64,000 bases of DNA. It comes from Bradymonadia bacterium. GTDB taxonomy: Bacteria > Myxococcota_A > Bradymonadia > UBA7976 > UBA1532. How positions within the stretch are numbered: the stretch's first letter is position 1; the number at the start of each line of letters is the position of its first letter. Below are positions 51,581-60,300 of this stretch, piece after piece. Under the pieces are notes generated by a model, which saw only the letters and a program-made list of their open reading frames with translations, was not told the DNA's origin and made no database searches. Location of the stretch: assembly GCA_046290225.1 (NCBI GenBank), contig JBKAGE010000070.1:1-64000 (forward strand). Direction: 5' to 3'. The position numbers were made by a program, and so were the translations under genes.

Positions 51581-52182
51581 GCGTTGACCCCATGAACATC
51601 GATCCCATGAACATCAACTCTGTGCACATTCGTCTGCTCACCCTCGACGATCTCGAAATGGCCGCCGAGCACCTCGAGGTGCACAGCGCCGAGAACGCCG
51701 AGGGCGATCCGTACTTCATGCCGTACGACAGCACCCACCGGATCGAGAAAGAGCCCTACATGGAGAAGCGCCGCCCGCGCTGGTCCGCGGCCCGTGGGGC
51801 CGGTCAGTACTGGGAGCGCATGTGGGGCCTGTTCGTCGATGGGCAGCTCGTGGGCCACGTCGATCTCAACCAGGCGGGCATGGCCACCCAACTGCACCGG
51901 GTGAACCTCGGCGTGGGGCTGCTCAAACCATGGCGGGGTCAGGGGCATGGTCGACGCCTCACCCAGTTCGCCATCGACCAGGCCCGTGCCCTGACCGGCG
52001 TGGACTGGCTCGATCTCGGGGTCTTCGCCGCCAACACCCGGGCGGTGGGTTTGTACCACAGCCTCGGCTTCAAAGAGACAGGCCGAGTCGTCGACGTGTT
52101 CCGCCTCGACGGGATCTCCATCGACGACATCCAGATGACGCTGTGGGTCGGTGATCCACAGGATCCCCGGGCACACCACTGA
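51577..52182 (+). CDS. GNAT acetyltransferase (RimJ/RimL-like)
   Basis: LGVGL...WRGQG.G..L, L.VFA.N.RA..LY..LGF...G. Start is either GTG 51577 (coupled) or ATG 51592/51607. Confidence 0.9.
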   Translation: MSVDPMNIDPMNINSVHIRLLTLDDLEMAAEHLEVHSAENAEGDPYFMPYDSTHRIEKEPYMEKRRPRWSAARGAGQYWERMWGLFVDGQLVGHVDLNQAGMATQLHRVNLGVGLLKPWRGQGHGRRLTQFAIDQARALTGVDWLDLGVFAANTRAVGLYHSLGFKETGRVVDVFRLDGISIDDIQMTLWVGDPQDPRAHH

Positions 52183-52297
52183 GGTTGAACATCGCGCCCA
52201 GAGCGGTTGCCCGGGTTTTCTCAGGATCTGTGCAATCAGCGCCGACCCGATGGGGTCCAACGAGGACGGCATGCACGAAATGACAGAGGGAGTACAC

Positions 52298-55200
52298 ATG
52301 CGTACACGGGGGCGCCATCTGGGGGTGGCCAGTACACTCGTGGCCTCGATGGCCATGATCACCATGACTGTTGAAGACAGCACAGCACAGGTGGCGCCTG
52401 CGGCGAGCTGGCCTGCCACGGACGGGGGGCCAGACCGGGCCCGCCTCGCCCAGGGGCCCGCGCGTCTGACCACCCCGGTGATTCGCTGGAGTGTCTCTGT
52501 GGGGGGCCGCCCAGAAGCAGGCCAGGTCCTCGCTGATGATCTCGACGGCGACGGCACCCTCGACCTCGTGGCCATCCGCGGTGGCCGCATCGAGGCGTAC
52601 ACCGCCACGGGGGAAGATCGCTGGCGCACCACCCCTCTGGGGGCCACCCGCCTCGAGGGGCTGTTCGACTTCAACCTCGACGGGCGGCAAGAGCTCCTGG
52701 TGGTGGCGTCGGAGAGCGTGCGCCTGCTCGATGCCCTCAACGGCGAGGTCTTGTGGACCACCCCTGCAGAGCCCTTTACCCGCATCGGGCGGGTCATGGT
52801 GCGGGATCTCGACGGCGACGGGTTCCCCGAGCTGTACGTGGCTGATCGCGCTTGCGGCTCTGGTGGTCGCGGCCCCGGCATCACCTTCGACTTCGCCGAG
52901 GGCCTCTTCTCTCCCCGCACCCGAGCCACCACCGATAACGAAGCCCGGACCTATGTGTGTGGCATTCATCAGTCCTTCGGTGACATCAACGGTGACGGTG
53001 AGCTCGACCTCATCGTGCCCGACAATGCCCAGGTCCACGCCTTCGACCCATTGACCGGTGCCCGAGTGGTGGAGGGGGCAGATCTCGGCCCGCTGCAGTT
53101 CGGCGTGGTGCCCCACGCCACCGCCGACGTGGACGGTGATGGCGATGACGAGGTGGTGGGTTTCATCGACAACGATCCCGAGCCGGACTTCGACGGCCGT
53201 CGCTCAGTGATCCTGCTCGACTTCACCGATGGCCGGCTCCGGCCCCGCTGGGAGGCGCTGTTTCCTGTGGGCGACGTCATCGAGCCGGCCTCTGGCGCGG
53301 TGCTGCCCATCGGCGAAGGCAACGGCCCCGCCATCGTGGTGAACCACTGGTCCGAGCCCGATGGGCAGTGGTTCATCCGCAGCTTCGATCTGCGCAGCGG
53401 CGCTGCCCTGCCCCTGCTCGCCGACCACCGGCTGATGGGTGTGGCGGATCTCGACGGCGACGGGCGCCCGGAGCTCGTGACCCGCACGGGCGATGGCCAG
53501 GCCCCAGAGCGGTTTGGCGACGTGGCCGTGTACGATGCTGATCTCACACCTCTCTTCTCCCGGCCTTCGGCGCGGGTGTTGCCCACTCAGCCGCAGGCCA
53601 CCGACACCGCTCGCACGCGAGAGGCACGTCAGATCCTGGCCATTGCCCGACCGGCGGGGGGTGAAGCGCTGGTGGTGGCCCGAGACGCAGACGACGACAA
53701 CCTGGTCGATCGCATCGAGACCATCGGGGCGGACGGCGGCGCCCTCGGCGCCTTCGATCTCGTGGGCACCCCCGGCGCCTTTACCCGCAGCCGCAGGCCA
53801 CTACTCGATCCCATGACCCCCACAGGCGGTCTCGGCGTCTGGGCCCTCGCCGATGGGCGCCTCGGCGCCTGGAGTGCTGATCTCACCCTCACCAACGCTC
53901 ACCCTGATGGCCCAGAGGATGTGCCTGGGCCCCAGGCGTCTGGTGGCACCCCCCGGGTGGTGGCGGCCGATCCGGCGGGGACGGGCACCCCCCGACCCAT
54001 CGCCGTGGCCAGCGACGGCCGCGTGGTGTCGTTCGAGAGCACGGGCCTCGTGCGCTGGGCCACGGCCCTCAACGCCAGCGGCTCCACCCTCGAGGCCGGG
54101 CAGCTCAACCCCGGCGGTCCTGTGGAGATCGTCGTGGACGACGGCCGAACCCCCTCCGATGCCGCCTATGTGGCCCTCAACGGCCTCAATGGCAACGTGC
54201 TCTGGCGACACAGCCTGCCTGCCGACGAGTACACCGCCCGCCCTCCGGCTCTGGTGGCCGATCTCGATGGTGATGGCGCCGCCGAGGTGGTGCGCTATGA
54301 CGTCCGCATCTCCGATGACGTCCGAGTGATCACCGCCCTCAACGGCAACGACGGCAGCGAGCGCTGGGTCTCCGAGGTGCCGGTGACGGCCCTGGCCCTC
54401 AGCGGTCAGCCCTCGGCACAGACCTTCGAGGGGGAGACCTCTCTGTACTTCCCCGACGCCCTCCAGGTGTACGCCATTTCCGCCGACGGCATCCTCTCTG
54501 GTGCCAGCCGAAGCAATCAGACCGGCGGCGTAGTCCGGCCCACTGGAGGCACACCGCCTTTGATCCGCGCCGAGGGGGCTCGGCCCCTTCTGACCCTGAG
54601 CGAGCCGCGCTTCGAGGTCTGGCAGGCCGACGCCAATGGTGTGCCCAACTCCGCGTGGGTGGGCCGAAACGCCCTGCCCCTCCCAGGCCGGGAGGTATGG
54701 GTGTCGCCTCAGTCCGGTGCCCCCATCGAGCGCCTGCGTCTGAGCGATGGGGTCTCTGTGGGTCAAATCGGCCTCGGCAATGGCGCCGCGCTGCCGCCGC
54801 CCTTCGACGGCATCGAAGATGTCCGCAAGATGACCGCGGTGCCCGACCTGCTCGGTGACGGCGCCCTCGGGGTCTCGGTCACCACCGACGCCGGTCGGCT
54901 CTACGCCGTCACCGCCGAGGGGCTCGTGGGGTGGAGCCGCAGCTTCAACACCGAGCTGAGCGACGTGGCCTGGGCCGACGTGGACGATGACGGCGAAGTC
55001 GAGGCCATCGTGGGCCTCGGCGATGGCACCCTCGCGATGCTCGACCAGGCCCAGGTCGATGCCCCGGAGTCGGTCTGGGACAACAACGGCGAGGGCCCTG
55101 CCGGGAGCGATGCCGACGACATCGACCTGCTCTTCTCCGAAGGCCAGCTCGGCGCTGATTGGACTGAAGTCCCTGGTGCAGATGCCTACGAGATCAGGCT

Positions 55201-56005
55201 GCTGGGCCCCAACGACACCGTGATCCGCCCCTGGCGTCTCGTCGGCGACGAGACTTTCTCGATCTACGAAGGGGTGTCACTGATCCCGGGCAGCATCTAC
55301 TTCACCGAGGTGAGGGCGCTGGTGCAACAAGGCAACGGGGTCATCTCCCGCTCTGCCCCCACCCGCTCCGACGGTGTGCAGATCGGCGACGAGCAGGCCC
55401 CCATGGTGACGATCAGCGCTGATCCTGACGTGCTGCTCTTTGGCCAGCCCCGTAGCATCAGCTTGCAGGTCGAGGCCTCCGACGAAGATCGTCTCGCAGC
55501 GCTCCGGATCGAGATCTTCGCCTCCGGCAGCGAAACCCTGGTGCGCCGGGTCTTGATCCGCCCACTGGGTGGCGCCCTCTTCTCAGGTACAGCGGTCTGG
55601 AGCGTCGATGATCTCGATGACATGCCAGTGCCTCCAGGCCTCTACCGCGCTCGGGCTTCGGTGGACGACCGGGCCAGCAACCAGGCCCAGGACGAAGTGC
55701 AGCTGGTCATTTGTGACGAAGCGCAGACTGTAGATCCGCGCTGTGAACTGGAGTCCCCTGACATGGATCTGCCGGACATGATGGTGGACGCCGGTATGGA
55801 TCCCGACGTCGAGGTCGATCCCGAGGCCGACATGGAGGTGACCGGAGAGTTCGACGCTGAGCCTGACGACGACATCGGCGCCGAGGGCAATGACGAGGTG
55901 GCGGGGAGCGACTCCTGTGACTGCCGCGCAGGCTCTGGTGGTGGCCCGTTCTGGCCGCTGATGCTACTCGCCCTGGGCATGCGCCTGCGTCGTCGCCGTC
56001 GCTGA
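52298..56005 (+). CDS. Large surface protein with FG-GAP and PQQ-like propeller repeats, FN3/Ig-like domains and MYXO-CTERM
   Basis: Many D(L/V)DGDG..E motifs, an acidic linker, and a CDCR...PFWPLMLLALGMRLRRRRR tail. Confidence 0.9.
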   Translation: MRTRGRHLGVASTLVASMAMITMTVEDSTAQVAPAASWPATDGGPDRARLAQGPARLTTPVIRWSVSVGGRPEAGQVLADDLDGDGTLDLVAIRGGRIEAYTATGEDRWRTTPLGATRLEGLFDFNLDGRQELLVVASESVRLLDALNGEVLWTTPAEPFTRIGRVMVRDLDGDGFPELYVADRACGSGGRGPGITFDFAEGLFSPRTRATTDNEARTYVCGIHQSFGDINGDGELDLIVPDNAQVHAFDPLTGARVVEGADLGPLQFGVVPHATADVDGDGDDEVVGFIDNDPEPDFDGRRSVILLDFTDGRLRPRWEALFPVGDVIEPASGAVLPIGEGNGPAIVVNHWSEPDGQWFIRSFDLRSGAALPLLADHRLMGVADLDGDGRPELVTRTGDGQAPERFGDVAVYDADLTPLFSRPSARVLPTQPQATDTARTREARQILAIARPAGGEALVVARDADDDNLVDRIETIGADGGALGAFDLVGTPGAFTRSRRPLLDPMTPTGGLGVWALADGRLGAWSADLTLTNAHPDGPEDVPGPQASGGTPRVVAADPAGTGTPRPIAVASDGRVVSFESTGLVRWATALNASGSTLEAGQLNPGGPVEIVVDDGRTPSDAAYVALNGLNGNVLWRHSLPADEYTARPPALVADLDGDGAAEVVRYDVRISDDVRVITALNGNDGSERWVSEVPVTALALSGQPSAQTFEGETSLYFPDALQVYAISADGILSGASRSNQTGGVVRPTGGTPPLIRAEGARPLLTLSEPRFEVWQADANGVPNSAWVGRNALPLPGREVWVSPQSGAPIERLRLSDGVSVGQIGLGNGAALPPPFDGIEDVRKMTAVPDLLGDGALGVSVTTDAGRLYAVTAEGLVGWSRSFNTELSDVAWADVDDDGEVEAIVGLGDGTLAMLDQAQVDAPESVWDNNGEGPAGSDADDIDLLFSEGQLGADWTEVPGADAYEIRLLGPNDTVIRPWRLVGDETFSIYEGVSLIPGSIYFTEVRALVQQGNGVISRSAPTRSDGVQIGDEQAPMVTISADPDVLLFGQPRSISLQVEASDEDRLAALRIEIFASGSETLVRRVLIRPLGGALFSGTAVWSVDDLDDMPVPPGLYRARASVDDRASNQAQDEVQLVICDEAQTVDPRCELESPDMDLPDMMVDAGMDPDVEVDPEADMEVTGEFDAEPDDDIGAEGNDEVAGSDSCDCRAGSGGGPFWPLMLLALGMRLRRRRR

Positions 56006-56027
56006 CCCAACTCTCAAAAACTTGGCC

Positions 56028-57137
56028 TCAGCGACGCTGCTCCACCGGCTCGAAGTTGGGGATCGACGTCGGCGAGTACTGCCGCATTTGACGCTGCTCC
56101 TGCATCTGCTCTTGGACCTGGACCGGCGCGGGGCTCTTCTTGAAGTACGAACGGTGCACTGGAGCAGCCTCCGGCGCATCCACCACCATCGAACCTTCCA
56201 CCTCGGCCCCCTCGAAATCGAACACCTTGCCCTGCCCTGATGCCTTCTCGGCGCGGACGTGGGCCGTGTCGGCGTCATTCACGAACGTCTGTGCGGCTTT
56301 GGGGGTGGCTTCGGCAGCCTTCACCTCTCCACCACGACTCGCCCGACCCTCGAGGGCTTCCGCCACATAGCTCCCGATCAGCTTGCCCTCGAGTCGACGG
56401 TACAGACCTGGCGAAGCGAACCAGTCCATCCCTTTCACCTCGCCGTCGATGGCCACCACCACCCCGGCCATCTGCCCCTGAGTGGCCGTACGGGCCAAGA
56501 GGGCCTTGGTGGCAGGATCTGCGAGCTTCATGATCTCGCCCTTGGAGATCGCCTCGCGGTAGGTGTCTGAGTCGTTCTGGGTCTTGCGGTTGGCGTTGCT
56601 CGCCGCCACCTCGGCCCACACATTTGATTGCTGCCCGGTCTGAGCCTGATAGCGCAGCTTGGTGTGGGCCAGGGTCTTCGCCGAGCCGAACTCCAGGCCG
56701 TCACCGGCCTGACGCCATCGGCCGTGCTCCACACAGAAGACCGGGATGGCGAAGTCCTTCACCCCTGGCGGGATCAACGTGTGCTGACCCACGATCCGAT
56801 CCTGCTTGCCGCCGAGGAGCACCTCTCCGGCGAGGGCGTAGATGGGCCGATCAGCGTTGTTGGTCACGTGCAGGGTGTTCACCCGCCCTGAGGTGTCGGT
56901 CTCCTTGATGGCCAGCTGCTTACCGTCGAGCGCAGCATCGAGGGTGAGGTAACCCGGATCCGCCTCAGGGGCTTTGGCGATCATGGGGAACAGCGTCAGC
57001 TCGGGCACAGCGTCCACGGTGATGGGATCACCGAGGGTGGAGACATCGGCGAGAGGCTGTGATGGTCCCGCTGAGGCCCAGGGGGCATAGATGAAGACGG
57101 CAAGCAGAGCAGCGAGGGTGAGATCGGGGCGGCGCAT
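56028..57137 (-). CDS. Secreted DUF6569 (ARPP-1-like) domain protein
   Basis: Signal peptide; LTLFP; YLTLD.AL; V..L.V.N; GEVL.GGKQDR; IPVFCVE.GRW; Q..VW. Confidence 0.82.
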   Translation of the reverse strand: MRRPDLTLAALLAVFIYAPWASAGPSQPLADVSTLGDPITVDAVPELTLFPMIAKAPEADPGYLTLDAALDGKQLAIKETDTSGRVNTLHVTNNADRPIYALAGEVLLGGKQDRIVGQHTLIPPGVKDFAIPVFCVEHGRWRQAGDGLEFGSAKTLAHTKLRYQAQTGQQSNVWAEVAASNANRKTQNDSDTYREAISKGEIMKLADPATKALLARTATQGQMAGVVVAIDGEVKGMDWFASPGLYRRLEGKLIGSYVAEALEGRASRGGEVKAAEATPKAAQTFVNDADTAHVRAEKASGQGKVFDFEGAEVEGSMVVDAPEAAPVHRSYFKKSPAPVQVQEQMQEQRQMRQYSPTSIPNFEPVEQRR

Positions 57138-57189
57138 GGGTTCCTCCGTGGGTCGAGCGTGGCGGTCCAGTTCTGGTCACTGAGGCCGT

Positions 57190-57215
57190 CAACGGAGGGG
57201 GGCGCGAAAAGTTCG
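57190..57215 (-). promoter_or_regulatory. Putative ECF sigma promoter of the DUF6569 gene
   Basis: Minus strand reads GAAC-N16-CGTTG about 55 nt upstream of the ATG. Confidence 0.55.
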
Positions 57216-57277
57216 GTGGGCGTGTCGGCTTTTGCGTTTGTTTTACAAATCGACCCTCAGGTCAGGCTGTGAGGTGG

Positions 57278-57892
57278 TCATCGGATGGTGATCGAGTTGC
57301 TCACCCACGTGTTGCCATCGCCGTCCTTCGCCACGACGCGGAAGTCGAAGCGACGCTCCCCCTGCGTCACCGGCAGCGTGGCGAAGGCGAAGTCGACCGG
57401 CGCCTGATCAGCGAGGATGGTGGTCCAGTCGAGGTGGGTGACCTGACTCTTCACTTGCAGGTCGACCAGCAGATCGTCGGCCCCCTCGGCCCGCCAGTCG
57501 GCCTCCACCTCGGCGGAGAGGCTCCCCCCCACCACCAGCACGCGGATCCGTGCCCCGAGCAGCTCAGCCTCCACATCGGGGATGGCCGGCTCGGGATCCG
57601 GCTCGGGCTGTGGCGCCGGCGACACGTCAGGGGTGAAGTTGTCGGGCACGGGATCATCAAAGGCGTCACCTCGATCGGCGGTGTCTCCCCCACACACACA
57701 CTGATCGAAGCTTTCACCATCTTCGGCGCAGACCTGAGTGCCCATGCCCCCCCCAGGGCACGGGCAGATTTGCACTTCTCCAGGGGTGCACGCCGGCGGA
57801 TCGAGAGCGTCGCCGATCTCTTCGCACCCGAAGAGCGCGCCGCTGCCGATGAACAGGCCGATGATGCTGAGCTTGGAGACAAAAATGTTCAT
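57278..57892 (-). CDS. Hypothetical lipoprotein with a Cys-rich motif
   Basis: Lipobox LFGC; CTPG....C.C.GG..G.Q.C..DG..F..C.C; Pro-rich linker. Confidence 0.8.
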   Translation of the reverse strand: MNIFVSKLSIIGLFIGSGALFGCEEIGDALDPPACTPGEVQICPCPGGGMGTQVCAEDGESFDQCVCGGDTADRGDAFDDPVPDNFTPDVSPAPQPEPDPEPAIPDVEAELLGARIRVLVVGGSLSAEVEADWRAEGADDLLVDLQVKSQVTHLDWTTILADQAPVDFAFATLPVTQGERRFDFRVVAKDGDGNTWVSNSITIR

Positions 57893-58119
57893 GAGGTTCC
57901 CTCTCCTCGGTTGTGGTTTCGAGGCCTTGATACGAGGGCACGCTGCAGAAAGCTCCACCTCAGGTGTTTTTTTGTTGACAATCACATTTGAGCACAATGT
58001 CGGCTTTATTTTCTGAAATACAACCCTTTTACAAATCTCTTAAACCCCACAGACCACCTCGTGCGTAGGGCGGACTACCGTGCAGCTACACCGTAATCCT
58101 ACCCATCGGGAGCCCGCCC

Positions 58120-60300
58120 ATGCGCCCTCTGACTCGACTCTGCCTCGCCTTGGGGCTGGCCTCCGTCCCACTTGGGGCGCAGGCCAGCCTGATCACGCTG
58201 CCCGGCAGCTATATCCTCGATGACACATCTGCTGACGCGCCGGGGCGATACCAGGCGCCCAAGGCGGAAGAGCGGGCCCCTGTGGCCTACATCGAGTACA
58301 TCGGCCTCACCGGCGACGTCTCCGACGCACTCGCCACGCTGCACGTAGAGATGACCCTCGCCGGGCCCGCTGAAGGGGCCACGCACACTGTGGGGATCCT
58401 GCCGCTGCCTTCGGGCACCAGAGCCGATCAGGTCAATGTGTCGATCAACGGGCACACACCCACGAGTCGGTTCCTCGATGCCAAGGGGGCCAACGCCCTC
58501 TATGGTCAGCTTGGCAAGGCCCTCGACAGCACCCGGCTACTGGCTTACGCCGGTCAGCCTGCGCTCTTGATCCCCACCTTGCCTCTGCTCCGCAGTCAGC
58601 AGATCGACATCCGTATGCAGTTGCCGGTGAAAGGCAATGGTGGTTTACAGGCCCTGAGCGCTCCGCTGCTGCACGAGGGCTTCACCCGGGCGGCGACCCA
58701 ACGGCTCACCGTGGCCCTCAAACTGAAGACCGACAAGCCCCTCAAAGGGGTCTTCAGCCCCAGTCTGCCCTTGCAGGTGAAGCGACAGGGCACCCACGAG
58801 GCCCTGCTCACGGCCAACCTGCGCGGTGTCGATGGCGGCAGCGATCTGAGCCTGTTCTTCGGCGCAGATGACGACGCCCTGGGGCTGCGGGTGCTCACTC
58901 ATCGAGAAGAAGGCGAAGACCAGGGCTACTTCATGGTGCTCGGCCAGCCCGCAGCAGAAGCCGACAGCCCACGGATCCCCAAGGATCTGGTCCTCGCCAT
59001 CGACACCAGCGGCAGCATGCGGGGCGAGAAGTGGAGCCAGGTACAGGCGGCGGCCCTTGAGGTCCTCGATCGGCTCAACCCTGGTGATCGCTTCAACCTG
59101 ATCGCCTTTGGCGACGACGTGATCTCCCTCTCTGACGACGCGCTGCTCGAGGTGAACGCCGATGGCTTGAAGCGCGCTCAGGGCTTCCTCGACGGCCTCA
59201 CCCCCACAGGGCGCACCAACATCGCCGGGGCTCTGGCTCGAGGCCTCGCTCTGACGAAGACCGACCGACCCCACATCCTGATCTTCCTCACTGATGGCGC
59301 CCCCACGGCGGGCGAGCGGGATCCCGCGAAGATCGTGCAAATGATCCCCGGGCTCAACAAAGGCCGCGGGCGCATCTTCTCCTTCGGCGTGGGCCACGAT
59401 GTGAACACCCACCTGCTCGATCAGATGTCGAGCCTCACGGCCGGTGAGTCTCACTATGTGGTGGAAGGCGAGCCCATCGACGTAAAGATGGCGGCGCTCA
59501 CCGATGGCCTGCGCCGCCCGGTCCTCACCGAAGCCAAGGTGGCCTGGGGCGGCCTCGAGGTGGAGCACACCTACCCCGAGATGCCCACGGAGCTGTTCGC
59601 TGGCCGTGAGGTGTTGATGGTGGGTCGCTATGCCGGCGGTGGCCGCTACACGGTGTCGATCTCCGGCAAGGCCAACGAGGGGCAGCGCTCTTTCTCGGTC
59701 ACTGCCGACTTCCCCAAGAAAGCCCAGCCCGAGCACGAGTTCCTCGCCCCGCTGTGGGCCGCCCGGCGCATCGGTGATCTGCTGCACGATCTGCGACTCA
59801 AGGGGGCCGATGCCGAGAAGATCGCCGAGGTGGTCAAGCTGAGCCGCCGCTTCGGCATCTACACCGAGTACACCGGCTTCGTGGCCCAGGCAGGAGGCAA
59901 CATCAACGACGCCGATGCCACCGCTCAGGCCACCGTGCTCCTCGAGAAGGCCAATATGCAGTCTTCCGGCGCCTGGGCGGTGCGGCAGGCGGACAATGAG
60001 CAGTCCTTGCGGAAGCGGAAGGTGTCGTCGATGACCTCGAACACCTACGTGGACCGCCGAGGCAACGTGCAGAAGGCCGAGAACCTCAAGCAGGTAGGCC
60101 GACGCACCTTCTACAAGCGCGATGGCCGCTGGGTGGAATCGGCACCGGCGGCGAAGCGGCCTGCCAAGAAGCGCCGTGTGAAGCGCTTCAGCCGCGAATA
60201 CATGGATCTCGTGGAACAGAACAAGGACTTCGCCAAGGCCCAGAGCCTCGACGGCGAGATCGAAATCAACCTCGGTGACGAGCAGGTAGAGGTGTACTGA
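58120..60300 (+). CDS. Secreted VIT/vWA (inter-alpha-trypsin-inhibitor-like) protein
   Basis: PKDLVLAIDTSGSM.G.K, DRFNLIAF, G.TNI..AL, IFLTDG.PT.G, FSFGVG.DVN..LL, LWA.RRI..L. Confidence 0.93.
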   Translation: MRPLTRLCLALGLASVPLGAQASLITLPGSYILDDTSADAPGRYQAPKAEERAPVAYIEYIGLTGDVSDALATLHVEMTLAGPAEGATHTVGILPLPSGTRADQVNVSINGHTPTSRFLDAKGANALYGQLGKALDSTRLLAYAGQPALLIPTLPLLRSQQIDIRMQLPVKGNGGLQALSAPLLHEGFTRAATQRLTVALKLKTDKPLKGVFSPSLPLQVKRQGTHEALLTANLRGVDGGSDLSLFFGADDDALGLRVLTHREEGEDQGYFMVLGQPAAEADSPRIPKDLVLAIDTSGSMRGEKWSQVQAAALEVLDRLNPGDRFNLIAFGDDVISLSDDALLEVNADGLKRAQGFLDGLTPTGRTNIAGALARGLALTKTDRPHILIFLTDGAPTAGERDPAKIVQMIPGLNKGRGRIFSFGVGHDVNTHLLDQMSSLTAGESHYVVEGEPIDVKMAALTDGLRRPVLTEAKVAWGGLEVEHTYPEMPTELFAGREVLMVGRYAGGGRYTVSISGKANEGQRSFSVTADFPKKAQPEHEFLAPLWAARRIGDLLHDLRLKGADAEKIAEVVKLSRRFGIYTEYTGFVAQAGGNINDADATAQATVLLEKANMQSSGAWAVRQADNEQSLRKRKVSSMTSNTYVDRRGNVQKAENLKQVGRRTFYKRDGRWVESAPAAKRPAKKRRVKRFSREYMDLVEQNKDFAKAQSLDGEIEINLGDEQVEVY

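Noticed and set aside
51586..51615. 15-bp tandem duplication (DPMNI twice) at the GNAT start
   Set aside because: In-frame, two copies only, likely neutral slippage.
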